Positions 7,447-15,367 of a DNA stretch of 45,437 nt are shown here, in pieces. The stretch is from Planctomycetota bacterium. Its GTDB lineage: Bacteria; Planctomycetota; UBA1135; UBA2386. The translations under genes were made by a program, and so were the position numbers. The notes under the pieces are model-generated. The model was not told the origin of the DNA, searched no databases, and saw nothing but the letters and a program-made list of their open reading frames with translations. Numbering within the stretch: position 1 is the stretch's first letter; each line of letters begins with the position of its first letter. The DNA lies in NCBI GenBank assembly GCA_947455805.1, contig CANGSN010000002.1, positions 1 to 45,437 on the forward strand, given 5' to 3'.

Positions 7447-9255
7447 TCACTGCAGCATGCGGTCGACGTCGGCGAGGATGGCGTCAGCCCAGGTCTGGTA
7501 CGCCGCGGCACTGAGGTGCAGGAAGTCCGGCATCACGTCCTTGGCGATGCGGCCGTCGGCGCCGACGAACTTCGCCGCGAGGTCGCGCCGCACGACGCGC
7601 GCATCGCCGGCGAACGCCGCGGCCGCTGCGGCGCTCGCGGCCGCGCACTTCTGCCGCTGCGCGTCGTTGGTCTCGCTGCGCGGGAACACGTCGAGCAGCA
7701 GCACGTTCGCGTCCGGCAACGCCTGCCGCAGCCGCCGCACGACGGTGACGATGCCGGCGGCGATCTCGTCGGCGGTGCACTCGTCGCCGTTGCTGTTGTT
7801 GGTGCCGATCATGACGACGATGGCGCGCACGTCGTTGTTCGCCGCCTTCAGCGCCTCGAGCAGGCCGCCACCTTGCGGGCCGCCATCGAGCCGCCACAGC
7901 ACGTGCTGCGTCTTGTCGCCGGAGACGCCGAGGTTCAGCGCGCGCCGCGGCACCCAGAACTCGTCCCAGCACGCCTTGCCGGTGCTGCCCCAGCCCTGCG
8001 TGATCGAGTCGCCGACCATCACCAGGCGATGGCCGCCGGCGCGCGCCGCCGCGAGGTCCTGCGCGACACGCTTGTCCCACCATTCGTCGAGGCGCGCCGT
8101 CGGCCGCACCGTGCCCGGCGGCCGATCCGGCACCGGCGACGGCGTCTTCGCCTTGTCGTCGAGCTCGGCGAGCGTGAACCGCACGCTGCGCACGAACGGT
8201 GCTTCGCCCGGTTCGAAGTGCCCGTACGACGTCACCACGAACGTGCCGTCCGCCAGCACCTCGACACCCGGATAGCCGCAGTCGCTGCCGCGCCAGTTGC
8301 GCGACAATCGCACGCGGTACTGCCCAGGCCGCGCGTTGGCGACGTCGTCGAACGTGCCGACCCACGCCACCCAGTCGCCGCGCGTCGGGCTGTCCTTCGC
8401 CATGTCGCGGAACGACAGCACGAGCCGCCCGTCACCCGCGTAGGCGCCGACGTGGCGATCGCCGGTCAGGCTCGCCGGCAGTTCGACCGGCGCCGACCAC
8501 GTGACCGCTTCGTCGTCGGAGACGCACACGTGGCTGTTCTTCGCCCGCCGGTTCTCGCGCAGCAGCATCGCCAGGCGTTTGCCGTCCGGCGAGCGCACGA
8601 CGCCGGGCTCGCACAGGTGCACGTCGCTGCCCTGCCACAGCACGCGCGGCGCACTCCAGCTGCGCCCACCGTCGCTCGAGTTGGTCTGGTAGAGCGTGAA
8701 CGCACCGCGCTTGCTGCCCGGCTGTTCCCAGCGGCCGTCGTCGTGGAAGAACGCGGCGTGCTCGCCGTTCGCCAGCCGCACGACGCTCGCCATCGCGACG
8801 ATGCCGCCGAAGTCGAACACCGGCTCGAGCTCGCTCCACGTCGCCCCGTCGTCCTCCGAACGCGCCATGCGGATCGGCCGCAGGCCGGAGAACAGCACGA
8901 GGCGCGCCACACCGTCGCGATCGACCAAACGGTGGATCGTCGGCGTCTCCTGGCTCGTCGCCCAGCTCGCCGGCACCGGCAGCGGCGCGCTCCACGTGCG
9001 ACCGCCGTCGCCACTCTTCTGCAGCACGATGGCGCCCTTGCCGTGGCCTTCGGGATGCACGCAGAACATCGTCTGGCCGTCGGGCAGCAGCACCGTCGTC
9101 GGATGGCCCTGGTACTTGCGGGCCACGCGATGCACGGTGACCTGCCGCGCGCTGTCGCCTTCCAGGTCGACGAACGCCGGCGGCGACTGGGCCAGACCGG
9201 CACGGAACAGCGACGCCGCCGCGAGCAGCGGCAGCACGACGGACGAGAGGCGCAT
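7447..9255 (-). CDS. BNR/Asp-box sialidase-like domain fused to an SGNH/GDSL hydrolase domain
   Basis: Signal peptide. Four Asp-box motifs (SGDGGRTW, SEDDGATW, SSDGGRSW, SDDEAVTW). The C-terminal ~200 aa carry SGNH blocks: GDSITQGW, GVSGD, GTNN, and DFLHLS at the end. Confidence 0.9.
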   Translation of the reverse strand: MRLSSVVLPLLAAASLFRAGLAQSPPAFVDLEGDSARQVTVHRVARKYQGHPTTVLLPDGQTMFCVHPEGHGKGAIVLQKSGDGGRTWSAPLPVPASWATSQETPTIHRLVDRDGVARLVLFSGLRPIRMARSEDDGATWSELEPVFDFGGIVAMASVVRLANGEHAAFFHDDGRWEQPGSKRGAFTLYQTNSSDGGRSWSAPRVLWQGSDVHLCEPGVVRSPDGKRLAMLLRENRRAKNSHVCVSDDEAVTWSAPVELPASLTGDRHVGAYAGDGRLVLSFRDMAKDSPTRGDWVAWVGTFDDVANARPGQYRVRLSRNWRGSDCGYPGVEVLADGTFVVTSYGHFEPGEAPFVRSVRFTLAELDDKAKTPSPVPDRPPGTVRPTARLDEWWDKRVAQDLAAARAGGHRLVMVGDSITQGWGSTGKACWDEFWVPRRALNLGVSGDKTQHVLWRLDGGPQGGGLLEALKAANNDVRAIVVMIGTNNSNGDECTADEIAAGIVTVVRRLRQALPDANVLLLDVFPRSETNDAQRQKCAAASAAAAAAFAGDARVVRRDLAAKFVGADGRIAKDVMPDFLHLSAAAYQTWADAILADVDRMLQ

Positions 9256-9324
9256 GCCGCACTCGTAGCGGCTCGGCCCGCCGAGGGGAATCCGAGCTCC
9301 GCGTTCTCCCGCACGGGCGAACTG

Positions 9325-10122
9325 CTACCGCGCCCCCGGAACGACGAACGAGCAACTCGCCCAGTAGCTCTCGTACTCGTGCGTCTCGACCTGCGGCCGC
9401 GTCATGTGCACCAGTCGCAGCGTCATCCAGCCGGGCTGTGCGATCGGCACGAGCGCCTCCCCTGCATCGTTGGTCCAAGTCGATCCCGCGATGTCCTCGC
9501 CGTTGCCCGGCAGGTCCCAGCCCAGCAGCGCACCCGCCAGTGGTTCGCCGGCGAACAGCACGAGCGTCCGCAAGGTGCGTCGCGGCTCGATCAGCGTCGG
9601 ATCCTCGAGCGGCACGATCTCCAGCGCCTGACCGACCGGTTCGGCGAAGCGACCTTTCCCGGCGCCCGTGCGGAACACGACCTTCGCGCACTTGCGGTAT
9701 CGCTCGGTCGCGTCGCGGCCTTCCTCGTGCGTATCCATGCGCGCTGCGAGCACCTTGGGCAGCCCTTCGTGCAGCAGGTAGTCGTTGAACTTGCGGGCGT
9801 CCAACGCGAGCAGCTGGGGCGCGGTGTCGCAGGTGGCGACGACCACTCCCGAAGACAGCGCCCCGAGATCGTGCGCGGTGGCCTTCGTGTCCGCATCGGC
9901 TCGAAAGCGCAGCAGCGCCTCCCGCGCCCCGTCGGGCCGCACGAGCCGCCCGGTCACGTTCGCGACGACGACGGCGTTGTCGCTCTCGGGAAAGGACATC
10001 CCAGTGCGCAGCGAGAGGCCGACGATCGCCCGATCGGCGCCCTCCACGGTCAGCAGCCAAGTCTCGTGTTTCGGCGAGCCGACGACGGCGACGACGAAGA
10101 TCGAGAGCGTGCGGCAGAGCAT
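9325..10122 (-). CDS. DUF4198-like periplasmic protein
   Basis: From the internal ATG at 10122-10120. A short signal sequence is followed by SPKHETWLL, the H-x-x-W start typical of mature DUF4198 proteins. It has beta-rich sequence and lies upstream of the sialidase-like gene on the same strand. Confidence 0.75.
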   Translation of the reverse strand: MLCRTLSIFVVAVVGSPKHETWLLTVEGADRAIVGLSLRTGMSFPESDNAVVVANVTGRLVRPDGAREALLRFRADADTKATAHDLGALSSGVVVATCDTAPQLLALDARKFNDYLLHEGLPKVLAARMDTHEEGRDATERYRKCAKVVFRTGAGKGRFAEPVGQALEIVPLEDPTLIEPRRTLRTLVLFAGEPLAGALLGWDLPGNGEDIAGSTWTNDAGEALVPIAQPGWMTLRLVHMTRPQVETHEYESYWASCSFVVPGAR

Positions 10123-10310
10123 GCTCGGGAAGGTGCGCGCGCAGGAATTCGTGTCGGCGAAACGCGCCCGAAGTCGCGAGGCTGCCCGACATGGGCGCGT
10201 CCGTGTGCACATCCCGATCGCTTCTGTCCCTCACCCACAGCGACCATGCAATCCGCTGCTGCTCGCTGCTCGCCGCGAAGTACTTGATCGGCCCTCACCT
10301 GACTGATCGG
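9965..10310. repeat. copy A of the duplicated DUF4198/DUF4394 junction (left flank of the insertion)
   Basis: Hand alignment with 13141-13500 gives long identical blocks (gacgatcgcccg, ggtcagcagccaagt, ttcggcgag, cgacgacggc, gtgcggc.gagcatgct, cccgaagtcgcgag, gcccgacatgg, gcgaccatgc.atcc, gctgctcgccgc, tgatcggcc). Several indels separate the blocks. Confidence 0.75.
10246..10287 (+). pseudogene. remnant of the 5' end of a DUF4394-type gene
   Basis: atgcaatcc...gctgctcgccgc...tgatcggcc aligns with the start of the intact gene at 13409 (atgcgatcc...gctgctcgccgc...ctgatcggcc). It has deletions and reads MQSAAARCSPRST before a stop. Confidence 0.5.
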
Positions 10311-10375
10311 ATCTCAAGATGCGCGCTGCATTCGGCACATGGACATAAAGTCTCTGTGCAAGTCTTGCGGCGACT

Positions 10376-12004
10376 TTAGTTGCTAGGCTCCAATATGAAC
10401 TTCATGGTACCAATCGATGAGATCACTCCGCCCGAGGTCGCGCTGGCGCTGCCGAGCCGAACTTGTAGCGGCCGGTAGCCGTCCGACTCCAAGGAGTACG
10501 ACTGCACCTCGCTTTCGAGCACCAATGTGATGCTGCCGGCCGAATCAAAGAATCCTGAGGCGACTACGGGATCACCGAGAGCAGGAGTTTCGACACGCAT
10601 GGTGTAACCGGTTACTGGCATGCCACAACTATCCTCCACGGACATGCGCACGGGTCGGCAGGGAAACTTCGACACCACTTCTACCATAGATCGCTGACCG
10701 GCTACAACATTCAATTGCAATGGCAACTGCAGACACTTTGCGGTGACCTCATCTGGCGACATCAAGATGTATTCACCATCGGGGACGCGAAGGCCGCTCG
10801 GGGACACGACCTTGGCGAAGCGAGGTTCGCCACGCCGAACTGCGATCAAATGTGGCATAAGTCCTGCATCGCAATCGACGCCGGTTAACAATAACTGGAC
10901 CTCCCCCGTTCGGTCTCCCCCACCCCCGGCAGAAATTCTGGTCGGAACAAGTCGCTCAAGCCGGCTAGCACTGAGCGTCGCACTGCCCCAGCCACCCTGG
11001 CGACAGTAGTAGTCCAAGCGAACAACCGGCTCACCAGCCCCCGCCGGCGGCGCGAACACGGCCACTATGGATTGGGGGTATCGCCTCCTTATTTCGTCAG
11101 CGTGGCGGCTGTAGGTCGACAGTGTTCGCCCAATGACCGCCGGCATAGACGTGTAGGTCCAAGTGTGGTAGAGAATCTCAGCGTCAAGTTCCACTGCTAC
11201 ACCGACAAGAGGCGCGAGAGTCACGTCAAGGGTGGTTGCCTCCCCAGCTCTGATGGTCATCAGCAGGCTTCTTGCATCGAACACCTCAACGCAACCATCG
11301 AGCCGCGCCTCAACGTGGTGGATACCAGGAAACAGAGCAGGAAACACCGCTTCGCCCTGAACACATGACGCCCACGCGGCCGCGCTCGGCGAGTCCAACA
11401 TCAGCCCCCCGATCCATTCTTCACGGGCGTTCAGAGAGCTAGTAGGTTGGCGTGACACGGTGACCGTGGCGCCGCGCGGCAACGAGCCATCTACCATTCG
11501 CACCTGCACATGCGCCGAGCCAGAACGAGTTGCGCGCAGCACGATGTCGCCAACTAGCGGCGACCACCTAGCCGGAGCAACCACATGCGATGACGCTTTG
11601 CCGACAACCCATTCTGGAGCCACAGCATCTGCATTGACTTCGATGGCCCCCTGAGCGTCACTCACCCCCATCCATCTGATGACGCTTGCAGCCATACACC
11701 GCTCAGTGATCGGCCCATTCAACGTCCCAATCTCGACCCCGGGAACGGCCTTGCCCTCCTCGTCACGAACCAAGATTCGAACGGCCTTCGTGGGGATCTC
11801 GCGGTTTAGAACTGCGTAATGATCGAGGGGGCGGAACTCGCCGGACTGCGGCATGGCCACTTCGGACCCCACGTACCTCGCCGCCGGTGCAGCCTCTTTG
11901 ATGGCCGGATCGGCAAGCTGTTGGTCGTAGCCCCAGCAGCTGATGCCCCACATGACGCCCACCAACGCCAACAAGAGCACAAACACGCGCATGACCGTAT
12001 TCAT
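10376..12004 (-). CDS. membrane-anchored protein with carboxypeptidase-regulatory-like (Ig-like) repeats, on the lower-GC insertion
   Basis: Start taken at the ATG at 12004-12002, which overlaps the upstream stop as ATGA. The N-terminal anchor is MNTVMRVFVLLLALVGVMWGISCW. Repeated segments have the form VRILVRDEEGKAVPGVEIGT, VQVRMVDGSLPRGATVTVS and VRMSVEDSCGMPVTGYTMRVET. Third-position GC is clearly lower than in flanking genes. Confidence 0.8.
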   Translation of the reverse strand: MNTVMRVFVLLLALVGVMWGISCWGYDQQLADPAIKEAAPAARYVGSEVAMPQSGEFRPLDHYAVLNREIPTKAVRILVRDEEGKAVPGVEIGTLNGPITERCMAASVIRWMGVSDAQGAIEVNADAVAPEWVVGKASSHVVAPARWSPLVGDIVLRATRSGSAHVQVRMVDGSLPRGATVTVSRQPTSSLNAREEWIGGLMLDSPSAAAWASCVQGEAVFPALFPGIHHVEARLDGCVEVFDARSLLMTIRAGEATTLDVTLAPLVGVAVELDAEILYHTWTYTSMPAVIGRTLSTYSRHADEIRRRYPQSIVAVFAPPAGAGEPVVRLDYYCRQGGWGSATLSASRLERLVPTRISAGGGGDRTGEVQLLLTGVDCDAGLMPHLIAVRRGEPRFAKVVSPSGLRVPDGEYILMSPDEVTAKCLQLPLQLNVVAGQRSMVEVVSKFPCRPVRMSVEDSCGMPVTGYTMRVETPALGDPVVASGFFDSAGSITLVLESEVQSYSLESDGYRPLQVRLGSASATSGGVISSIGTMKFILEPSN

Positions 12005-12462
12005 GGAATCTTGCAGGTACAGGCATCGGTCCACGCAAGACCCACCGGCAGTTGCTTGATGCACTTCTGGCTCGGTGGGGGCGTCGTGGCCGGACAGAGA
12101 TCGGGGTTGTCAATCCAGCACTCCCATGTAGGGTTTCGCCCTGCGCCATCCACACGCAGGGTGGCGTTGCAGGCCTTGGCAGCATCGACGTGGCCCGTAG
12201 GGTTGTTCGCCCGATTTGCGCAGACACACTTCCACTCAGTGAAGGTCGAGCCATCCGTCGTGGTCACAGTAGCGCAGAAGTTGTATGGAGCCGCGTAAGT
12301 GCTGCAATCACCGATACAAGATCCGATGTAGTAGCCACCCACGTGCTGTATCTGCAGCCTGCAGTCGCCCGCAGCCGGGACCAACAAGGACTTTGCACCG
12401 ATCATGGCTATCCCAGCGAAGACCAAGGAAATGGAACGCATGAAGATATCTGATTTGAGCAT
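12001..12462 (-). CDS. small secreted cysteine-rich protein (12 Cys)
   Basis: Signal peptide (MRSISLVFAGIAMIGAKSLL). The mature part of about 120 aa has 12 cysteines (GDC, GSCIGDC, NFC, WKCVC, KAC, WECW, DLC, QKC, DACTC). I recognise no family. The alternative start is the ATG at 12441. Confidence 0.75.
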   Translation of the reverse strand: MLKSDIFMRSISLVFAGIAMIGAKSLLVPAAGDCRLQIQHVGGYYIGSCIGDCSTYAAPYNFCATVTTTDGSTFTEWKCVCANRANNPTGHVDAAKACNATLRVDGAGRNPTWECWIDNPDLCPATTPPPSQKCIKQLPVGLAWTDACTCKIP

Positions 12463-12511
12463 GATTCGTTCGGGTTATCTGTAGATTCTTTAAGGGTTTA
12501 ATGAACCGACA

Positions 12512-12952
12512 TCAAGCTAGATTGTGCCTTGGCGTGCTTTGCCTGAATCGCATTGCCAGCGCGTAACTCGACCAACCGCCCAACAATCCCGCAGCAACGA
12601 GACGTTGCGCTTGACTCAGCTCATAGAGCCGCCCCAGGCAGCCACAGGGTTGGTCACCTGCCGCCAACCCTATCACGACGAAGCCGACAGCCAGTGCGAG
12701 GGTGGCCCAAAGCGCCACCCTCCAAAGAGACGTCAGCAACGTCACGCCGATCAGAGCTTCGAACAAGCAGACCACAGTCAAGGAAGCGCTCGAAATCAGA
12801 TCCGCACCAAGCGTCAACTTGGCGGTAGAGAGAAAGAGCAAGAGCACCGACAGACCTTGCCGATGCCTCAGAATGGCTCGTGACCGTCGCATGTCTTCCA
12901 TGACAGACTGATCGCCATCGAACAGGATGGCCTTCGACTTCGATCTCCGCAC
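12512..12952 (-). CDS. MauE/DoxX-like small integral membrane protein
   Basis: Four predicted TM helices, with a PCGCLG motif after helix 3 that resembles the CGCFG motif of MauE-family proteins. The start is ambiguous: GTG at 12952, ATG at 12901, or ATG at 12892. Confidence 0.65.
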   Translation of the reverse strand: MRRSKSKAILFDGDQSVMEDMRRSRAILRHRQGLSVLLLFLSTAKLTLGADLISSASLTVVCLFEALIGVTLLTSLWRVALWATLALAVGFVVIGLAAGDQPCGCLGRLYELSQAQRLVAAGLLGGWSSYALAMRFRQSTPRHNLA

Positions 12953-12995
12953 TCAACCCACCCCATGCAGCGGGGCCGACTTATTTGAGAGCTTT

Positions 12996-13024
12996 TGTGC
13001 AGTAGACGGTAAACAACCCCCGCG
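12996..13024 (-). promoter_or_regulatory. sigma-70-like promoter candidate for the insertion operon
   Basis: On the minus strand: TTGACG (13024-13019), a 17-nt spacer, then TACCGT (13001-12996), about 40 nt upstream of the GTG at 12952. Confidence 0.35.
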
Positions 13025-13140
13025 CCTTCGTCAATCTTTTCCCTACATTCTCTAAGCAACCTCCCCGCAATTTCTTGTAGCGCCTCCCGGATCATTCATT
13101 CGTGCTTCCTGTTCCAGAGCTGAAGTAGTACCCCTGGAAG

Positions 13141-13301
13141 CCGGACGTTGTCGCCCTCGGGGCACGACACTCCGGTGCGCAGCGAAAGCTCGACGATCGC
13201 CCGGCGCCCTCGACGGTCAGCAGCCAAGTGTCGCGCTTCGGCGAGTCGACGACGGCAACCGGGGCGGCGGAGGCGACCAGCGAATGCGTGCGGCGGAGCA
13301 T
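13141..13301 (-). pseudogene. truncated, frameshifted 5' fragment of a DUF4198-type gene
   Basis: It reads MLRRTHSLVASAAPVAVVDSPKRDTWLLTVEGAGR, then shifts frame. The other frame continues AIVELSLRTGVSCPEGDN. Compare the intact gene: SPKHETWLLTVEGADRAIVGLSLRTGMSFPESDN. Homology ends at about 13141. Confidence 0.65.
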
Positions 13302-13500
13302 GCTGGGTCCGGTGCGCGGGCAAGCGGAACGAACCCGAAGTCGCGAGATAGCCCGACATGGTCGCGGTGGCCCGCACCTCCCGGTAGCTCCTCCAACCCG
13401 AAGCGACCATGCGATCCAAACTCCCCCACCTGCTCCTCCCGCTGCTCGCCGCCCCCGTCGCGGCGCAAAGCCTGATCGGCCTGTCGTCCGACAACCGCCT
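13141..13500. repeat. copy B of the duplicated DUF4198/DUF4394 junction (right flank of the insertion)
   Basis: See copy A. It holds the decayed DUF4198 5' end, the divergent intergenic region, and the intact start of the DUF4394 gene. Confidence 0.75.
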
Positions 13501-15334
13501 GATCCCGCTGCGCACCACGGCGCCGCTGGCCGCCGGTCCCACCGTCGCGATCACCGGCCTGCAACCGGGCGAGGCGATGCTGGCGATCGATTTCCGCCCC
13601 GCGAACGGCCGCCTCTACGGCTTCAGCTCGCAGGGCCGCCTCTACACGATCACCGCCGCGTCCGGCGCCGCGGCCGCCGTCGGTTCGCCGATCCCGATGC
13701 CCGCCGGCACCGAGTGCGGCTTCGACTTCAACCCGACCATCGACCGCATCCGCCTGGTCAGCGACGCCGGCGTCAACCTGGTGCTCAACCCGGACACCGG
13801 TGCTTTGCAGGCGACGCAGACGCCGCTGGCGTTCGCGGCGACCGATCCGAACGCGGGCTTCGCGCCGAACGTCGCCGCTTCCGCCTACACCAACAACGTC
13901 GCCACGGCGACGACGACGGTGCTCTACAACCTCGACGCCGCGCGCGACGTGCTGACGACGCAGATCCCGCCGGGTGCGGGCACGCAGAACACCGTCGGCA
14001 GCCTCGGCCGCGACGTCACCGCGGTCGCCGGCTTCGACATCGCAGCCAACGGCACCGCCTACACAGCACTCAACACGAACGGCGCCGCGAGCGGCACGAC
14101 GCAGCTGTTCACGGTGGATCTCTCGAACGGTTCGCTGACGTGGCTCGGCATCGTGCCGAACCCGAATCCGACGGCGCGCCTGCGCGGCCTCGCCGCCGTG
14201 CCGCCGGGCGCCGACGTCGAGGTCGTGGTGCTGACCGGCGACGGCCGCCTCGCGCGCTTCGACGCCACGTCGCCGTGGCAGGTGCCGACCGTCGCCAACG
14301 TGCAGGGCTTGCTCGCCAACGACAGCCTGGTCGCGATCGACTTCCGCCCGGCCACCGGCGAGCTCTACGGGCTCGGCGCGCTGGGCCAGCTCTACGTCGT
14401 CGACGCGCAGAGCGGGCAGGCGACGGCGATCGGCAGCGGCTTCGCCGCGGCGATGCAGGGCACGCGCTTCGGCTTCGACTTCAACCCGACCATCGACCGC
14501 ATCCGCCTCGTCAGCGACGCCGGCATCAACCTGGTGCTCAACCCGATCACCGGCGCGCTGCAGGCGACGCAGACGCCGCTGCAGTTCGCGGCGACCGACG
14601 TGCACGCGGGAACGATGCCGCAGGTGTTCGCCAGCGCCTACACGAACAACCTCGCCGGCGCGGTGACGACGGTGCTCTACGGCCTCGATGCGACGAACGA
14701 CGCGCTGGTCAGCCAGATCCCGCCGGGTGCCGGCACGCTGAACACGATCGGCAGCGGCCTCGGCTTCGACGTCGGCACCGTCGGTGGCTTCGACATCGGC
14801 GCCGACGGCATCGCCTACGCAGCGCTCGGCAGCAGCCCGCAGCAGTCGGTGCTGCACCGCATCGACCTGCAGCTCGGCACGTCGACCAACATCGTCGACC
14901 TGCGCGCAGCCCTCGGTGCCGCGGTCCTCGGTGTCGCCGTGCGCAACCCCGTCGGCATCGACGCCTTCGGCACCGCCACCAACGGCTGCGCCGGCCCCGC
15001 CTGGCTCGGCGCCGCCGGCACTCCGTTCGCCGGCAGCACGCAGTTCACCGTCGTCGCGCACAACGCGGCGCCGAACACGCTCGGCTTCTTCGTGCTGGCG
15101 GCGGACCGCCTGCCGATGGCGCTCGACATCGGCGGCCTGCAGGCGTGGATCGACCCGAACCAGCACGTCGTGGTGGCGATGCGCGCCCACGACGCCGCCG
15201 GCCGCGCGTCGCTGGTGATGCCGCTGGCCGGCGCCTGGTTCGGCCTGCCGACCTACTGGCAGTGGATCGGCCTCGACGTCTGCGGCCCGATGGGCCTCGC
15301 GACCTCGGCGGCGATGCGCGTCATCGTGCAGTGA
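13409..15334 (+). CDS. secreted protein with two tandem DUF4394 domains plus the shared C-terminal module
   Basis: Signal peptide (MRSKLPHLLLPLLAAPVAAQS). The pattern LAIDFRPANGRLYG...FGFDFNPTIDRIRLVSDAG.NLVLNP.TGAL occurs twice. The last 122 aa (TNGCAGP...AAMRVIVQ) are the shared module. Confidence 0.9.
   Translation: MRSKLPHLLLPLLAAPVAAQSLIGLSSDNRLIPLRTTAPLAAGPTVAITGLQPGEAMLAIDFRPANGRLYGFSSQGRLYTITAASGAAAAVGSPIPMPAGTECGFDFNPTIDRIRLVSDAGVNLVLNPDTGALQATQTPLAFAATDPNAGFAPNVAASAYTNNVATATTTVLYNLDAARDVLTTQIPPGAGTQNTVGSLGRDVTAVAGFDIAANGTAYTALNTNGAASGTTQLFTVDLSNGSLTWLGIVPNPNPTARLRGLAAVPPGADVEVVVLTGDGRLARFDATSPWQVPTVANVQGLLANDSLVAIDFRPATGELYGLGALGQLYVVDAQSGQATAIGSGFAAAMQGTRFGFDFNPTIDRIRLVSDAGINLVLNPITGALQATQTPLQFAATDVHAGTMPQVFASAYTNNLAGAVTTVLYGLDATNDALVSQIPPGAGTLNTIGSGLGFDVGTVGGFDIGADGIAYAALGSSPQQSVLHRIDLQLGTSTNIVDLRAALGAAVLGVAVRNPVGIDAFGTATNGCAGPAWLGAAGTPFAGSTQFTVVAHNAAPNTLGFFVLAADRLPMALDIGGLQAWIDPNQHVVVAMRAHDAAGRASLVMPLAGAWFGLPTYWQWIGLDVCGPMGLATSAAMRVIVQ
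13718..13858 (+). repeat. internal repeat unit 1 of the DUF4394 gene
   Basis: About 141 nt that are close to 90% identical by hand count to 14471-14611, at an offset of 753 nt (251 codons). Confidence 0.8.
14471..14611 (+). repeat. internal repeat unit 2 of the DUF4394 gene
   Basis: See 13718-13858. Confidence 0.8.
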
Positions 15335-15367
15335 TCGCGTGCGGGGTCCACGTGGCCCCGGCGGTCG

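Noticed and set aside
7432-10287. A 951-aa plus-strand ORF, and similar long ORFs (7484..8365, 8432..10234, 8466..9314).
   Set aside because: They are antisense or out of frame to the sialidase-like/SGNH and DUF4198 genes, which carry clear family motifs. Their composition is Arg/Ala-rich nonsense.
12868-13095. A 75-aa minus-strand ORF at the right end of the insertion.
   Set aside because: It overlaps the MauE-like gene start in another frame. It also contains the TTGACG-N17-TACCGT promoter candidate for that operon. There are no recognisable motifs. A small regulator cannot be excluded.
10300-13140. Calling the insertion a mobile element (IS, transposon, prophage or integrative element).
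   Set aside because: I could find no transposase, integrase, recombinase, short terminal inverted repeats or flanking tRNA. Only the long diverged direct duplication is visible, so it is reported as an insertion of unknown mechanism.
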